DNA of 64,000 bases, taken from Mustelus asterias (lineage: Eukaryota). The notes beneath the pieces are model-generated. The model was not told the origin of the DNA. It saw only the letters and a program-made list of their open reading frames with translations, and ran no database searches. Within the stretch, counting starts at the first letter, position 1. Each line of letters begins with the position of its first letter. Shown here one piece after another: positions 38,233 through 51,278 of this stretch. The stretch lies in NCBI RefSeq assembly GCF_964213995.1, contig NW_027590198.1, forward strand, positions 62,001 through 126,000, given 5' to 3'. The translations under genes and the position numbers were made by a program.

Positions 38233-39464
38233 GGATGTGTGCTGTAATTGTATTTTAGAAATAATGGATCAGATATGAGTGGGAATGGAGGGATACAAAA
38301 GAATGGTCTAGTTGGGACCAGGGAGCGGCGCGGGCTTGGAGGGCCGAAGGGCCTGTTCCTGTGCTGTATTGTTCTTTGGTCTTTGTTCTTTGGGTGTCAC
38401 TGGTCAGACCTGCATTTATTCTCGAACCTTAGTTGCCCTTGAGAAGGTTGTGTTCAGCTGCCTTCTCTTGAACCTCTGCTGTCCCAGAGGTGTAGGTACA
38501 CGCACAGTGTTGTTCGGAATCTGAGGAATCGTCTGGTATAATTGAAACGAAGACATGGTTTAGTTCTGATTTAATTGACACAGGGGCGATGTTTACGGAC
38601 TGACAATCATTTAGGAATGGAAAAACATATTTTATTCATTGCAGTAACTACTGATACAGGGTCCAGTGTACTCGGGACACGGACATGTCTAATACAGTGA
38701 TAACTGCGACACGAACGGGACAATATCGACAAGATGCACCTTTTTCTAACGTAAGTAGTGGCATTATCTTCTGCTGTAATAAATGAGCCAGGTCCAAGCG
38801 CAATATTAGCAGCTGCCACGCTCGAAACAGGGCACAGCAATACAGCACGGTAACCATATAAGTTATAGATAGGAGACATGGTGCAGAGATAACAGACAAG
38901 TCGGCAAATGACATAAGCAGTATCCAATACAATAGAAATGTAGACAAGCTGTACTGTCGTAGAACAGAGACAGGGCCTAGTCTTTTAAAAACTGCTACAT
39001 GTTCTGGTGCGCTCATAGCTGAGGTAGGGTTTTAGTATAATACAAATGGAGGTAATTTGTGTGCATTAACAATTGGGGTAGGATGATTGTGATATAAACG
39101 TTTGTACGGGATAACATTAATAGATATAACACCATATAGTGTGATATAAACAGGGTGCGATATGAACAGATAGAGAATCTTGTGCAGCAGTAATTGGGAA
39201 TGGCCTCAAGCATTGTGAACAATAATTTGTTATAGTCCACGAAGTAATCCAGGCATAAGAGTAACACAAGGAGATCAATGAATCAGGTCCCAGTGTAATA
39301 AATCTGACGCACAATTCAGTGCATTCATATCAAAGACCTGGCCACCCTCCGCTCACATTGTCTGTATCTTTAAGACCTGGTTGGTTGTAGAGATTCGCAT
39401 TCTAATCAGTATTCTGTAACTTGATTTTGTGTCTCTGTGCCCTGCTTGAGAGCAGATTTCCACT

Positions 39465-39501
39465 CCATCTGACGAAGGAGCAGCGCTCCGAAAGCTAATG
39501 G
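39465..39501 (+). ncRNA. Minimal type I hammerhead ribozyme in Penelope-like terminal repeat
   Basis: ccat-CTGACGA-a-ggagc-agc-gctcc-GAAA-gc-TA-atgg: stem I ccat/atgg, stem II ggagc/gctcc, palindromic AGCT stem III. Confidence 0.75.
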
Positions 39502-42079
39502 CATTTGCTACCAAATAAACCTGTTGGAATTTAACCTGGTGTTGTTAAAACTCTTACTGTGTTTACCCCAGTCCAACGCCGGCATCTCCACATCATGACC
39601 TGTAACATTAACAGAGATGTGTTCTATATATGCCGATGCTTCTCTCATGCAAACAGGGACACAGTTGAGCAGAATGCATGAAAAAGCGACGACCTGACTT
39701 TACAAAGAGACATGGAGTGATACCATATAGTATAAACAGAAAGTTGTCGAGTGTAATATGAAATCAGACAATGACCTCAGGTAACGTGGGCAGGGGGAAC
39801 GTCCAGTACAATAATAAATTAGCTAAGACATATAATAACATGTAAAGATATATTTTGTTATTTACAACAAACACAAACTGCCAGTTAAGCATAGGCAAGA
39901 TCCAATGAAGTATTACGTAAGGCAGGATCTGGTTGTTATCATCAGAAGCCTACTCACATGTCAGAATAAAAGAGGACTTCCTGCAATATCAATAGCAATA
40001 CAATCTGGTGCAAAGTGACGAGAGACATTGACTAGTGGAGCAAAAACTGGGAGAGAACATCCTTTAAAAATCATTGACATGGAAAAGCTCTACAGTCTGG
40101 AAACATAGCTGTGATCCAACTGCGACCAGGTGGACGCAGAATGCTATGACATGAGTTTCTCTGACCTCGACTGCAGCTGGATTTCTCCGGTCCCGCTGCA
40201 GCAAACGTAGATTTGGCTGAGCACCAATTTCTCCGCTCTCGTTCGCAGTGGAATTCCGACTAAAATCTTTCACCCAGGCCCGAACAACATGGTGTGCAGA
40301 TATTAGGACTTCCCTGAAGAAAGCCTTGACCTGCCTCTCGCGTTCAGAATGGAGGCCACCCCCAACTTCCGTCCCCAGAACATTACAAGATTTATAAATA
40401 TAAAGATTTACGTTCAAATTTGGATAAAATAAGCTGGAGGATTGGATTAATAAAAGTACATCTGTCTGAAGGGGTTTTTGATATGCGAATTAGCAAAACC
40501 GCAGGAAAACAAATGTGGACTTGAGTAATTATGGATTGAAATGAAGAGATGTAAATAAGATAGCATAACATCAAAAGGAATGGAAACTATAGCCATGGGA
40601 GCTGCGTACAGGAGGAGAGGAATAGCGACTACAATACCCACAGCCAGCTGGAGAAAGCAGACTCTGCAGAAAGGCAATGTACAGAAAAAAACTGCTGTTT
40701 AAAAAAAAACTCTAACAGAGAAGAACCGCTACGCTGGGCTGAAGAAAGTTTTCCCAAGCTGGAAAATGACCCGTGGCTGGTCTCTATAATCTGCATTGAA
40801 CTCATTTGGTCATATAATTTCGAATGATACTAGGGAGAGGGGCAGTTCTCAGAGGTCAGGAACCTGGACAGCTGGGAAAAGGGGAGATACTCATGAAATA
40901 CTTTGTGTGTGTGGCCATTATTGAAGTTAAGTGTCCTGCTGAACTGTCTTTCCTGTTGTGTGCCGGCTTTAATTTAATAACTATCCATTATTAATTATTT
41001 GCAACAAGGCTGGGCCATGTCTCACTCATTTCCTTTTTTTATACGTTGTATCAAATTGAAAATTCCCACAATTAATAATTTGTGTTCCAATTAATCATTT
41101 TGTACTTTGGGGTACCCTCACATTTAACATCAGCGAGGTTCTTAACAAACAACACAGCAGTGGGTGCCTTTACAGGTCAACTTCAATCGAACAGTTCCAT
41201 TTAGCGGCCACATAATGTTCCGAGAGATCCATTTTCTTTCTGAGGAGGTCAACCTTCCGGCCTCAGAATTTCTATTTACCTAAAATAACCCCATCCACCA
41301 CTCTCGGAGGCAAAGTGTTCTGGATGCTTAGTACTCACTGCGGAAAAATGTTCCTCCTCCATCGCCCTCCCCCCTCCGTCCACTGCCCATAACCTTAAAA
41401 AAATGTCCCCTTCCATGCCCCGACCCGTTAGCACCACGAGTTAATGGGAACATATTTTCTTTATCTACCTGAGCAAAATCTGTCCTAATCTCATCCACCT
41501 CGATTACATCTCTCCTAATCTCCTCCGCTCCCTTGGAGAACAACTACAGCATCTCCACCTTCTGGCTAATTTGTGAACGTTTCAAAACGAAACTTATTCA
41601 AAGATATTTCTCCACGGGGTTTAACTAGAATTGGTCAAAATTTGAAAAACTGGTATCGAACTGAAATATCTTGTGAACTTCTTAGCACTAAACATACTTG
41701 AAATAAGTTCTTCCCAAGAATTTGACAAGTGTTGGTCAACTTTTTGGAAACTAGTTTCAGCATTTTCCGAAATAACTTTTCCATACCATCATCCAGACGG
41801 CTCCAACTTTTTTAAAAATAGCTTAAACTTATCAAAATGTTTTCTAAACAATGTAGCAAAAGTTCGTTTAAAAAAGCTCATTTAAACCTACTTAAGGCTA
41901 ATCTTTCAGTAGAATTTAACTTTAAACAGTCGGTTTCTGTTGAAAAGGAATTACCTAAGATTCATCTCTCCAGAGAAGAAAACTGCAGTTCATCAGCATT
42001 TATCTGAGTCGGTCTAAAGTTATTAAAGACAGTCATCGAAAGTAACATGAAATTTGTAAACTTATTTTAAAAGTTGTAA

Positions 42080-42152
42080 CGAGCAAGCCAGAATTCGAAC
42101 CTGTAACCATCTGACCCATAGTCAGATGCATCATCCATTGAGCTATTGGCCG
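42080..42152 (-). pseudogene. tRNA-Arg(ACG)-derived pseudogene
   Basis: CGGCCAATAGCTCAATGGATGATGCATCTGACTATGGGTCAGATGGTTACAGGTTCGAATTCTGGCTTGCTCG aligns to vertebrate tRNA-Arg-ACG, with CpG decay (anticodon now ATG). Confidence 0.8.
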
Positions 42153-43705
42153 ATATGTAAACTCATGGCAGTTGTTCCATATTGGCTCGACGCTTCAGAA
42201 TAGGGCAGAAGTTTTGTCAAAATTATTTGCTTACTTGTGAGGATAGGTTCCATCATTGTGATTTTCTTTATTCATTTATAGTCATCCCTAATTGCCCTTG
42301 AAGAGAGTTGATTAGTTAATCTACCATGTTGCAATTAAAGACAATAACACTGTCCAACCATTAACCACTCCCCTCACTGGATCAATTATCGAATATTACT
42401 TGAGGTGGAAATGCCCGGCGTTGGACTGGGGTGGGCAAAGTAATAAGTCCCACATCAGGTTAAAGTCCATCACGTTTATTTGGAATTTCCAGCTTTTGGA
42501 GTGCTGCTCCTTCATCAGGTGAGTGATTTCAAATACACCTGTTGGACTTTAAGCTGGTGTTGTGAGACTTCTCACTGAATATTACTAGAAAATAATATTT
42601 TACAAGCATATGACATTGGCTGTTACATATGCCTCAAGACGCGTTCAGAAAATAGAATAGAAGTGCTGAAAATCCACTGCACACTGAGCACGAAAAGAGA
42701 TGCTCATATTGTGGCTCAGCACACATTTTATCTGTTCGTGCAGTGGCTACAAGAGCAGGTCAGAAGCTGGGAATCCTGCGGTGAGGAATTCACCTCCTGA
42801 GTCCCTAAAATCTGTCCACCATATACATGGCACAAGTCAAGAGTCTGATGGATTATTCTCCACTTGTCTGTATGATGCTTGAACTCACCAAATGCACCTC
42901 AGAGAGCAGCTTCCAAACCCAAGACCGCTACCACCTGGAAGCTCCCCTCCAGGCCAATCACCACACTGCTTGGAAATATATCACTGTTCCTTCACTGTCA
43001 CTGGGACAAGGTCCTGGTATAACGAAACCCTTCCACCCCATACCCAACAGCTCTATGGATGTGTCTAAACCAATAGACTGCAGCAGTTCAAGAAGGCAGC
43101 TCGCCACCACCTTCGCAAGAGCAATTACTGATGGGTAATATTGCTGACCCAACCAGCAACACCCACATCTCGTTATTGAATAAAAAGAAACATTCGGCCG
43201 GATCCCTGAACGAGCAGTCGTGGGGTCCCTTGAACAGGTGAATGGTGAAAACATGAATGTCTCCGTACAAGTCAACCCTTTTGAGAATATTTTTCGAGCG
43301 AGTGTGTTGTGCTGACGGATTCCCTGCAGTTAGTGCTCAGGTTCTCAGACCAAACCCCATGTGAACGAATCTCGAAGTCTCTACCGGAAAGAAATGAACA
43401 AAATCTGCGGATTGGGCAATAGAAATCAACATTGCATGGCTCGCCCGAAACGACTGAGCGTGCCCTTCCGGTGCGTTAACCATAATATAACTAATTTGTT
43501 TGTATCCAAAGCAGCTCAGGCACCTCTGATAAAAGTCGTTAGTTTTGGAAAAAAATCAGCAGCTCAGTATTTGAGGACTGAATGCATAGTGGTATTGTCA
43601 CTGGACTAATAATCCAGAGACCCAGGGTAATGTTCCGTGGAACTGCGTTTGAATCCCACTCTGGCATTCATATCAGAGTTATGCACTGATGATAGTTTTG
43701 GGAGA

Positions 43706-44030
43706 CAAGATGGTGCAGTAGTTAGCACTGCTGCCTCACAGCTCTAAGGACCAGGATTCGATTCCCGCTTTGGATCACTGTCTGTGCGGTGTCTGCATGT
43801 TCTCTCTGTGTCTGCGTGGGTTTCATCGCGGTGCTCCGGTTTCCTCCCACACTCCAACGATGTGCGGGTTAGGAGCATTGGCCATGCTAAATAGCCTCCT
43901 AGTGTCCCGGGATGCGTAGGCTAGCCTTGTAAATATGTGGGCCTACGGGGATAAGGCCTCGGTGGGATTGTTGTCGGTGCAGACACGATGAGCCAAATGG
44001 CCTGCTTCTGCACTGTAGGGTTTCCATGAT
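43706..44030 (+). mobile_element. HE1-like V-SINE
   Basis: Head, core and tail as at 8203-8496. Confidence 0.85.
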
Positions 44031-45029
44031 GTTGCTAACTCGACTGTTTGGTACTGGGCGCTTTTGAGTATGAAGTACACATTTTACCCGTTACACTGCA
44101 CAAACAATGCCGAGAGTCAAGCTCAATGAACGTGAATTATTTCAGCATACCAACAGTAATATCAACCTTGACAACTCATCAGAATATATCACGTCGAACA
44201 ATATAAGCTTGCTATCAATGCTAAAATAATATTTCTGCTTCGACCTTTGTTTTTAATGACATTTTCTCCATATTGTTACTGGCCGCGCTTGTGAGTCTGC
44301 AATTCATGTATCTTTCAGAGTCCATGTACCTCAATACAAGAAGGCAACCGTTACTTTCAACGTGATGCCTCAATTTATCTGGAATTTCAAATTGTAACTA
44401 CTTTCGTCCCGCAAATGTCTAAGGGAACAATGATTTCTGCTGTAAATCATAGAATCATAGAATATGCTCCGTCATTAATGCAACATTCTCATCTTCCGTC
44501 GAACAATTTCAAACAGTTCTTTCCAGTATTTGTTTTTTATTCAACATTTAATATCGATACATTTAATTAACACATATGTCCTCATTCCGAATTGAATGTC
44601 TCTGAAATATACAACATTGAAATGCAAACATGACTGATCAACAAAGCAATTGAGCCACCGGGTAATACACATCCCATGGTGTTCATTTGTGATTGACCAC
44701 AGTTAGCTTTTAAACAAAATCAAATCTTAAAAGGGAAGAGATTTCAGAATGATCTGTTAATTATACTTGATCGCTCTTTATTCTGTGTGTGAAACATTCT
44801 GGTTCGTTCATCTAAAGGAAGTCCAGCAGGTCCGCGCTGATTCTTGATTTCCTCATCTGTCTGAGTGTTTTTTTCCCCCCATTTCTTTATTATGAAGAAC
44901 CATTTTTAAAAGATGCTTCTGGGAAATTTGCACCATTTCCTCTAGTTCAGTTACAGTTTCACTTGTGACTGTCCTTACGAGCACGCAATACTATTAGACA
45001 TGTTTCAGGTGACCTTGATCATGTTTCAG

Positions 45030-45903
45030 CTTGATCTTGATCAATTGGGCCCGTGGGCTGATGAATGGCAGATGAAGTGTAATTCAGATAAATGCCAGCT
45101 GATGCATTTTAGTCGATCGAACCAGGGCAGGACTTACTCAGTTAATGGCAGGGCGTTGGGGGGAGTTACAGAACAAAGAGATCCAGGGGTACAGGTTCAT
45201 AGCTTCTTGAAAGTGGAGTCACAGGTGGATAGAGTGGGGAAGAAGGCATTTGGCATGCTTGGTTTCTTTGTTCAGAACATTGAATACAGGAGTTTAGACG
45301 TCTTGTTGAAGTTGTACAAAACATTGATAAGGCCACACTTGGAATACAATGTGCAGTTCTGGTCTTCCTATTATAGAAATGATATTAATAAATTAGAAAG
45401 AGTGCCGAAATTATTTACCAGGATGCTACTGGGGCTTGATGGTTTGAGTTTCAAGGAGAGGCTGGATAGTCTGGGACTTTTTCCTCTGGAACGTAGGAGG
45501 CTTAGGGGTGATTTTATACCAGTCCATAAGGTAATGAGGGGCATAGATCAGCGAGATAGTCAATATATTTTCCCAGAGTTGGGGAGTCAAGAACTCGAGG
45601 GCATAGGTTTAAAGTGAGAGGGGAGGGATACAAAAGGGTCCAGGGGGGTAATTATTTCACACAGAGGGTGGTGAGTATCTGGAACAAATTGCCAGACGTA
45701 GTAGAAGAGGAGGTATCAATTTTGTCTTTCAAAAGCGTTCAGACAGTTACTCGGGTAAGATGGGTAGGGAGGGATATGAGCCAAACGCGGGCAACTGGGA
45801 CTATCTTAGGGGTTAGAAAAAGGGATGGTATGGATAATTTGGGCCGAAGGGCCTGTTTCCATACTGTAAACCTCTATGACTCTCTATGACTCTATGATTC
45901 TAT
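45030..45903 (+). mobile_element. CR1 LINE 3' fragment
   Basis: Same subfamily as 22900-23752 (WADEWQM, LIRPHLEY). Confidence 0.92.
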
Positions 45904-46162
45904 GGTGATTAATAATGTTAGTCTACATCAATAAACCCATTAAATTCTGTTGTGAATTGAACGAGTTGCGTATGTGTACAAACAATATAAACATTTCTAT
46001 CCTGCCATTGCGTCCTGAAATACAGCATTTCTTATTTTCCTAAAGCATTTGAGGCCGAGGTGACACGAATGTAATATAGATGTAACATCACGATTCAGTA
46101 ATCTTTAGCAACAAATTAAAACATGCAGACGTTGCTCAAGCTTAATTAAAATTTTCGAATAG

Positions 46163-46224
46163 TGTTTCTGCCTAGTTTCAAATCGCATGGGAGGCGACCG
46201 CAACAACCACGACACTCCAGATAC
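46163..46224 (-). pseudogene. tRNA-Val pseudogene with ~11-nt deletion
   Basis: GTATCTGGAGTGTCGTGGTTGTTGCGGTCGCCTCCCATGCGA--TTTGAAACTAGGCAGAAACA. Confidence 0.7.
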
Positions 46225-47526
46225 TTGGCGCCTCATAATCAATAAATGTCTTTCTATTTGTCTCATTCAGCGAATTCATAATTATCAGAGAGTATGAGGA
46301 TGCCGCAGTAAATATGAAATGGACAAGTGAAGTCAGCAACACTCATTGAAGGTCACTTGTGCTCTCTGCTGTTGCATTGGTTGGAAATGGATATTCTTCA
46401 CCTGATATAAGCAGAGATGGGCTTAGCGGTATAGGATTCACAGAATAATAGGGAGTGAAATGGATAGAAACAGAATGACAATGACAAGTCAGTGAGAGAG
46501 TTTGGGGGAGATACAGTGAGAGAAGCAGATAGACAAAGGGAGAAGCAATGATTGAGATGGCAGAGGAAATTCAAGGAAGGTATAAAATCAACAATATAAA
46601 GTACAATCTGATATGGGAAAGATTTATCCTGAAATATCATTTAAATTGAACTGTGATTGTAGAGCATAAGACCACTGGTTCATTTAAGTAAATTTAAATT
46701 TGGTGCATCGATCAGGGAAGTTGAGCAATGTAACAGAGTCCAAACCAAATATCATGGTCTCCTAACAAGTAAGGGAAATTATAAGGATGGGTGCGGTTTT
46801 CTGAATTGGTGACTTATGATGAGAATAATGAGAGTGCTCATTCCCCAGTGCCATGCGGTTTATTGATTGATTAGGTGCACTGGTCAGGAATACTGGCTCC
46901 CTCTGTTGGCGGTGACTGTTAAATTGCCTTATTTCTGGAGATTCACTGTATTCATCATATTGTCAAATTATGTTAATACAAATTTTTCCTGATTTGTATT
47001 ATTGTTATTGTGATGTAACCTATAGATTGTAGGGCTAGTGTGAAACTGAATGCGAGTTGTTTTCTGCACAGATAGCTTTGAAATTTGCTGTTGAGTGCAA
47101 TGACGTTGGGTCAATGCCTGCAATGTTCTGCGAACGTTCCCCAATTAAAAAATAAGTATTTAATTCCAAACCGTGGTCGCAAACAATGGGTATATTCCCA
47201 TTACCATGACATTAATTGTATCGCAGCTTGATGTATTTCCATTCACTGGCTTCCAGCGCACTACTGACTGGTGGAGCCAGACCACAAAATGGCATGATTG
47301 TCTTTCGGAAGCATGAGTCGAGTATGATTCCGTGCTGGATCTGCCTGACAGATTGGATTCTGCAGTTTGTTTTCTCCACTGCTGCTAGAAACAGTTAGAT
47401 GGTGGTTTCATCTGAGGTTAACTTGATTTCCTCTGTGTGTGTGTGTTTGAGAGGCTGACAGCTCAGTTAACATCTGGCCATAAAGCAATCTTCAATCGTC
47501 ACGGGCTCATTCCTCCAGTGTAAGCC

Positions 47527-47565
47527 GGTTTTTGCACGAAGCTGGGTCTTCTTTCTATCACTGTG
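47527..47565 (-). other. V 23-RSS
   Basis: CACAGTG + 23 nt + GCAAAAACC. Confidence 0.93.
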
Positions 47566-48028
47566 CGTCTGAACGCGCAGTAATAAGCGGCAGCATCAGT
47601 CTGGCTCAGGTCGAATATAGTTAAACTGATGAATTTGTTCGAAGCCTGGAGATCTACATAGAACCGACTTTTAAAAACATCTGCTTTATCTTCATAACCA
47701 TCAGGATCTTTCCGCACTATAAACACGGGCTGTGTGTCTGGATGTTGTCGGTACCAGTACAACCTATAGTCGCTCTCTGTGGTTTGATAGTCACAGGTTA
47801 AAGTCACGATCTCGCCTTCTCTCTTAACATCTGATGAGAGGGACTGGGTGACAGAATCTCCATGACTCAGGTCTGAAAATAACAAAACAGAAAATGTTCA
47901 GACGGGCGGACCATGAAAGAATGGTCTGGAACCAAGCTTGGGAAATGTGAGAAACGGTGCACTGTATTTTGCACATAATTACCTGTCAGGAACGGTCCCC
48001 ACATTACACACACGCCGAGCAGCCACAT
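47566..48028 (-). CDS. TCR V segment (V-delta-like, same family as 10070), apparently functional; exons 48028-47983 and 47872-47566
   Basis: Leader MWLLGVCVMWGPFLT with gtaatt donor. Exon DLSHGDSVTQSLSSDVKREG...LTCDYQT...YWYRQHP...DAAAYYCAFRR. Confidence 0.94.
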
Positions 48029-48065
48029 TGTTGCTGTCCGCTCTGTAGAAGGGGAGCTGGGTGTT

Positions 48066-48073
48066 TGACCTCA
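48066..48073 (-). promoter_or_regulatory. CRE-like TGAGGTCA in V promoter
   Basis: ~40 bp upstream of the ATG at 48028. The same 8-mer is at 4969-4976, upstream of V 5135. Confidence 0.35.
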
Positions 48074-48961
48074 TTAAGTCTAATCGTTGCCCTCAATAAT
48101 CAGCTTCCTGTCTCCGGATGTTCTCAGCTCCGTCCCTTCTGTCCCCAGCGGAGCTGCGTGACACCCAGGTGGTGAGATAACAGACAGTAAACAGACACAC
48201 AGTGAGCTGGATGGCAATCACTATCCTTACAGAGAAAACTTCGAGATTTAACGATTGACGTCGGGAAGAAAATGGACAAATGGGGTGTAGGAACGTGGGA
48301 ACAGCTGTCGGCCATTCTGCCCTTCGATTCTGTTTTGTCATTCAGTTAGATCAGGGCTGATAAGCCTGAACGCCACTTTCCCGCGCTATCAGCATAGCTC
48401 TTGATGAGATTATGCTCCATAAAGCTATTGATTCAACATGCTCAATAATTGACATTCCACAAAATCCGCTTATTTTCTTAGTGTGACCCGGAAGCTATGG
48501 AAGGCTAAATAGTTCTGTCATTGTTTTTTTTAATACGTCCATTAGCCTTACTTTCAGGACAGTTTCAATCGTGAATCCAGTGAAATGTTGTTCTGTGTGT
48601 GGGACATGGGTGCCACTGGTTGGCCAGCATTTATTGTCCATCGCTAGTTGAGAATCAACCACATCGCAGTGGCTCTGGTGTCACATGTAGGCCAGAGGAA
48701 TGCAGTTTTCCTTCCCTAAAGTACTTTAGTGAACTGGATTTTTAATTGTAGATTTTTTTTATTGAAATGGGTCTGCAGAACTTTAGCTGAGCTTCTGGAT
48801 TAATCGTCTAGCGATAATACCCCAGGCCATCGTCTCCCCTGTTGTGAATATCAGAAAACACTGAAAATGTATGGAGGCACTGCAGAGTGAATCATGCCGA
48901 ATTAAAAAAGTTCAATATTATTACCATTCTCTGCTCCGTTCACCCTGTGACTTTGCGGCAG

Positions 48962-49265
48962 TGTTTTGGTGCGGGGCTCCCTCTGGTTTCTGTCTCTGAG
49001 TCTCTTCCGTCCGCAGTAATACACCGCGTGGCCAGACAGCCGCAGCTCACGGATGGTGAAATTCCCATTGTTTTTCGACCGGTCAATAGATGCAGAAAAT
49101 CAGGTCCCCATGTCCTCTGCAAGGGAAACGTCTCCCTAATTCGAGACATAGTTCAAGAAGATGGGAGCTTTCTCTCGGTCCTGGCGGTACAATTGAATGT
49201 AATATGCACCAACTGCTCAGCAGTTGAACTTAATGGTCACCGAGTCTCCTTCAAACGTCAAGCTG
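48962..49265 (-). pseudogene. 5'-truncated TCR V pseudogene
   Basis: TFEGDSVTIKFNC*AVGAYYIQLYRQDREKAPIFL...FSASIDRSKNNGNFTIRELRLSGHAVYYCGRKR with stops. RSS CTCAGAG-23-ACCAAAACA. Cut off by a SINE tail at ~49268. Confidence 0.87.
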
Positions 49266-49542
49266 AATTGTGGATTGTGGTCGGTGCATACTCCATGGGC
49301 CGAATGGCCTCCTTTTACACTGTATAGTTTCTATGATTCGGTGAAGTTTTGGGAACCGGAGTTCGAATTCTAACACGATAGACTAACTCAATTCAAGGGC
49401 AATTAGGGATGCCTGTAAATGAGTAAAGAAAATACTATCTATGCAACTTTTCCTCACTTAAACGAATAGGTTTTGAGAAAGTTTGCACCCGATTTTGAAA
49501 GGTCGGACCAATATGTAAACATTGCTATATCTTGCAGTGTGT

Positions 49543-49615
49543 GGGTCAGTGGCGCAATGAATAACACGTTTAGCTACGGATTAGAAGTGTCCAGATTCGA
49601 CTCCTGGCTGACACA
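49543..49615 (+). pseudogene. tRNA-Arg(ACG) pseudogene
   Basis: GGGTCAGTGGCGCAATGAATAACACGTTTAGCTACGGATTAGAAGTGTCCAGATTCGACTCCTGGCTGACACA; stem mismatches. Confidence 0.8.
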
Positions 49616-50059
49616 TGGGCACTTTTCAACAATAGTTCATTAACTCCACGTTAGTTTCGATGAACAAAACGTGTTTTCAGTAACTTTAAACAAATGTTGA
49701 CCAAATACAGTCAGCTTCTATGAAGAAATTTTTCCTGGGTGATTGTTTTTTTAAAGTTGACTATTTTAAGAAAAGTTCCACTCAAAAACTTTCATCAATT
49801 ACTTTTAAACTAGTTTCTTTAAATGACGAATTCCCCTTAAATTGTGGTTGGTGCTGACTTGGTAGGCCGAATGGCCTCCTTCTACACTGCAGGGGTTCTC
49901 TGGATTCTCTGGATTCATCGCAGTAACCGGCTCGTGAGACCGCGTCTGCAGCAGTGAAATCTGCAGAAATATAGAAATATCGAACGTTAAGTTGATATTG
50001 TAACTAATAGCGTCAGGGAACGGATCACATTGTAAACCTCGATCAGGTCACCCTTCAAC

Positions 50060-50600
50060 CTACTTTATCTTGTCAAAGGCTTCACTGAAGTCCATGTATA
50101 TAACATCTACTGCCTTTCCCTCATCTACCATCTTAGTCAGTTCCTCGAAAATCGCAATGAAGTTAGTGAGGCATGACCGCCCCTTCACAAAACCACGCTG
50201 TCTATCACTAATAAGTCCATTTGTTTCCAAATGTGATAAACCCTGTCCCTCAGAATATTTTCTAATAATTTCCTGGATTATCCCTGCTGCCCTTCTTACA
50301 AGGGCTGCTGCCATTCTGGAACTATCCTTCAGTCCTCTGGAACTTCACCTGTAGCCAGTGAGGATACAAAGATTACTGTCAAGGCCCCAGCAAATTCCGC
50401 CCTTGCCTCCCTCAGTTTTCTGCGATAGATCCCATTAAGCCCTGGGGGCTTACCTACTTTAATGTTTTTTTAAGACGCCCAACACCTCCTCCTTTTCGAT
50501 ATCGAGATGACCCTGAATATCTACTCATCCAACCCTTGGCTCCTCACCTATCAAGTCCCTCTCTTTTGATGAATACTGAGGCAAGGTATTCATTTAGTAT
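50060..50600 (-). mobile_element. CR1 RT fragment
   Basis: GFVKGRSCLTNF...VDVIYMDFSEAFDK. Confidence 0.88.
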
Positions 50601-50604
50601 TTGG

Positions 50605-51250
50605 GAGAAAGAGTCGAGAGCTTCAAGTTTGTAGGTGCCCAGATCACCAACAACCTGTCCTAGTCCCCCCACGCCGACACTATGGTTAGGAAAGCCCATT
50701 AACGCCTCTACTTTCTCAGAAGACGAAGGAAATTTGGCATGTCAGCTACTACTCTCACCAACCTTTACAGTTGGGCCATAGAAAGCATTCTTTCTCGTTG
50801 GATTATAGCTTGGTATGGCTCCTGCTCTGCCCAAAGCCGCAAGGAACTAGAAAAGGTCGTGAATGTAGTCCAATCCATCACGCAAACCAGCCTCTCACCC
50901 ATTGAGTCTGTCTACGCTTCCTGCTGCCTCGGCAAAGCAATCAACATAATTAAGGACCCCACACACCGCGGACATTCTCTCTTCCACCTTCTTCTTTCGG
51001 AAGAAAGATACAAAAGTCTGAGTTCACGTACCAACCGACTCAAAAACAGCTTCTTCCCTGCTGCTGTCAGACGTTTGAATGGACTTACCTTGCATTAAGT
51101 TGATCTTTCTCTACACTCTAGCTATGACTATAATCGTACATTCTGCACTCTCTCGTTTCCTTCTCTATGAATCGTATGTCTTGTCTGTATTGCGCGCAAG
51201 AAACAATACTTTCACTGTATGTTAATACATGTGACAATCATAAACCAAAT
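50605..51250 (+). mobile_element. Rex1/Babar-like LINE 3' fragment
   Basis: IESILSRWIIAWYGSC...IIKDPTHRGHSLF...RTNRLKNSFFP is typical of Rex1-group ORF2 C-termini. Confidence 0.8.
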
Positions 51251-51278
51251 CACAACATCTGACTTGGAGACAACGAAA

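Larger units (their letters stand above)
44250..46224 (-). repeat. Inverted single copy of the tRNA-Val repeat unit, split by a CR1
   Basis: Reverse complement matches unit sequence (e.g. cagacagatgaggaaatc, accatgggatgtgtattacccggtg) on both sides of 45030-45903. Confidence 0.85.

Noticed and set aside
38607-39314. Hydrophobic minus-strand ORFs as a second GPCR
   Set aside because: No GPCR motifs; the hydrophobicity reflects the T-rich strand.
42080-42152. tRNA-His(ATG) call from the anticodon
   Set aside because: The body matches tRNA-Arg(ACG), and ATG arises by CpG deamination.
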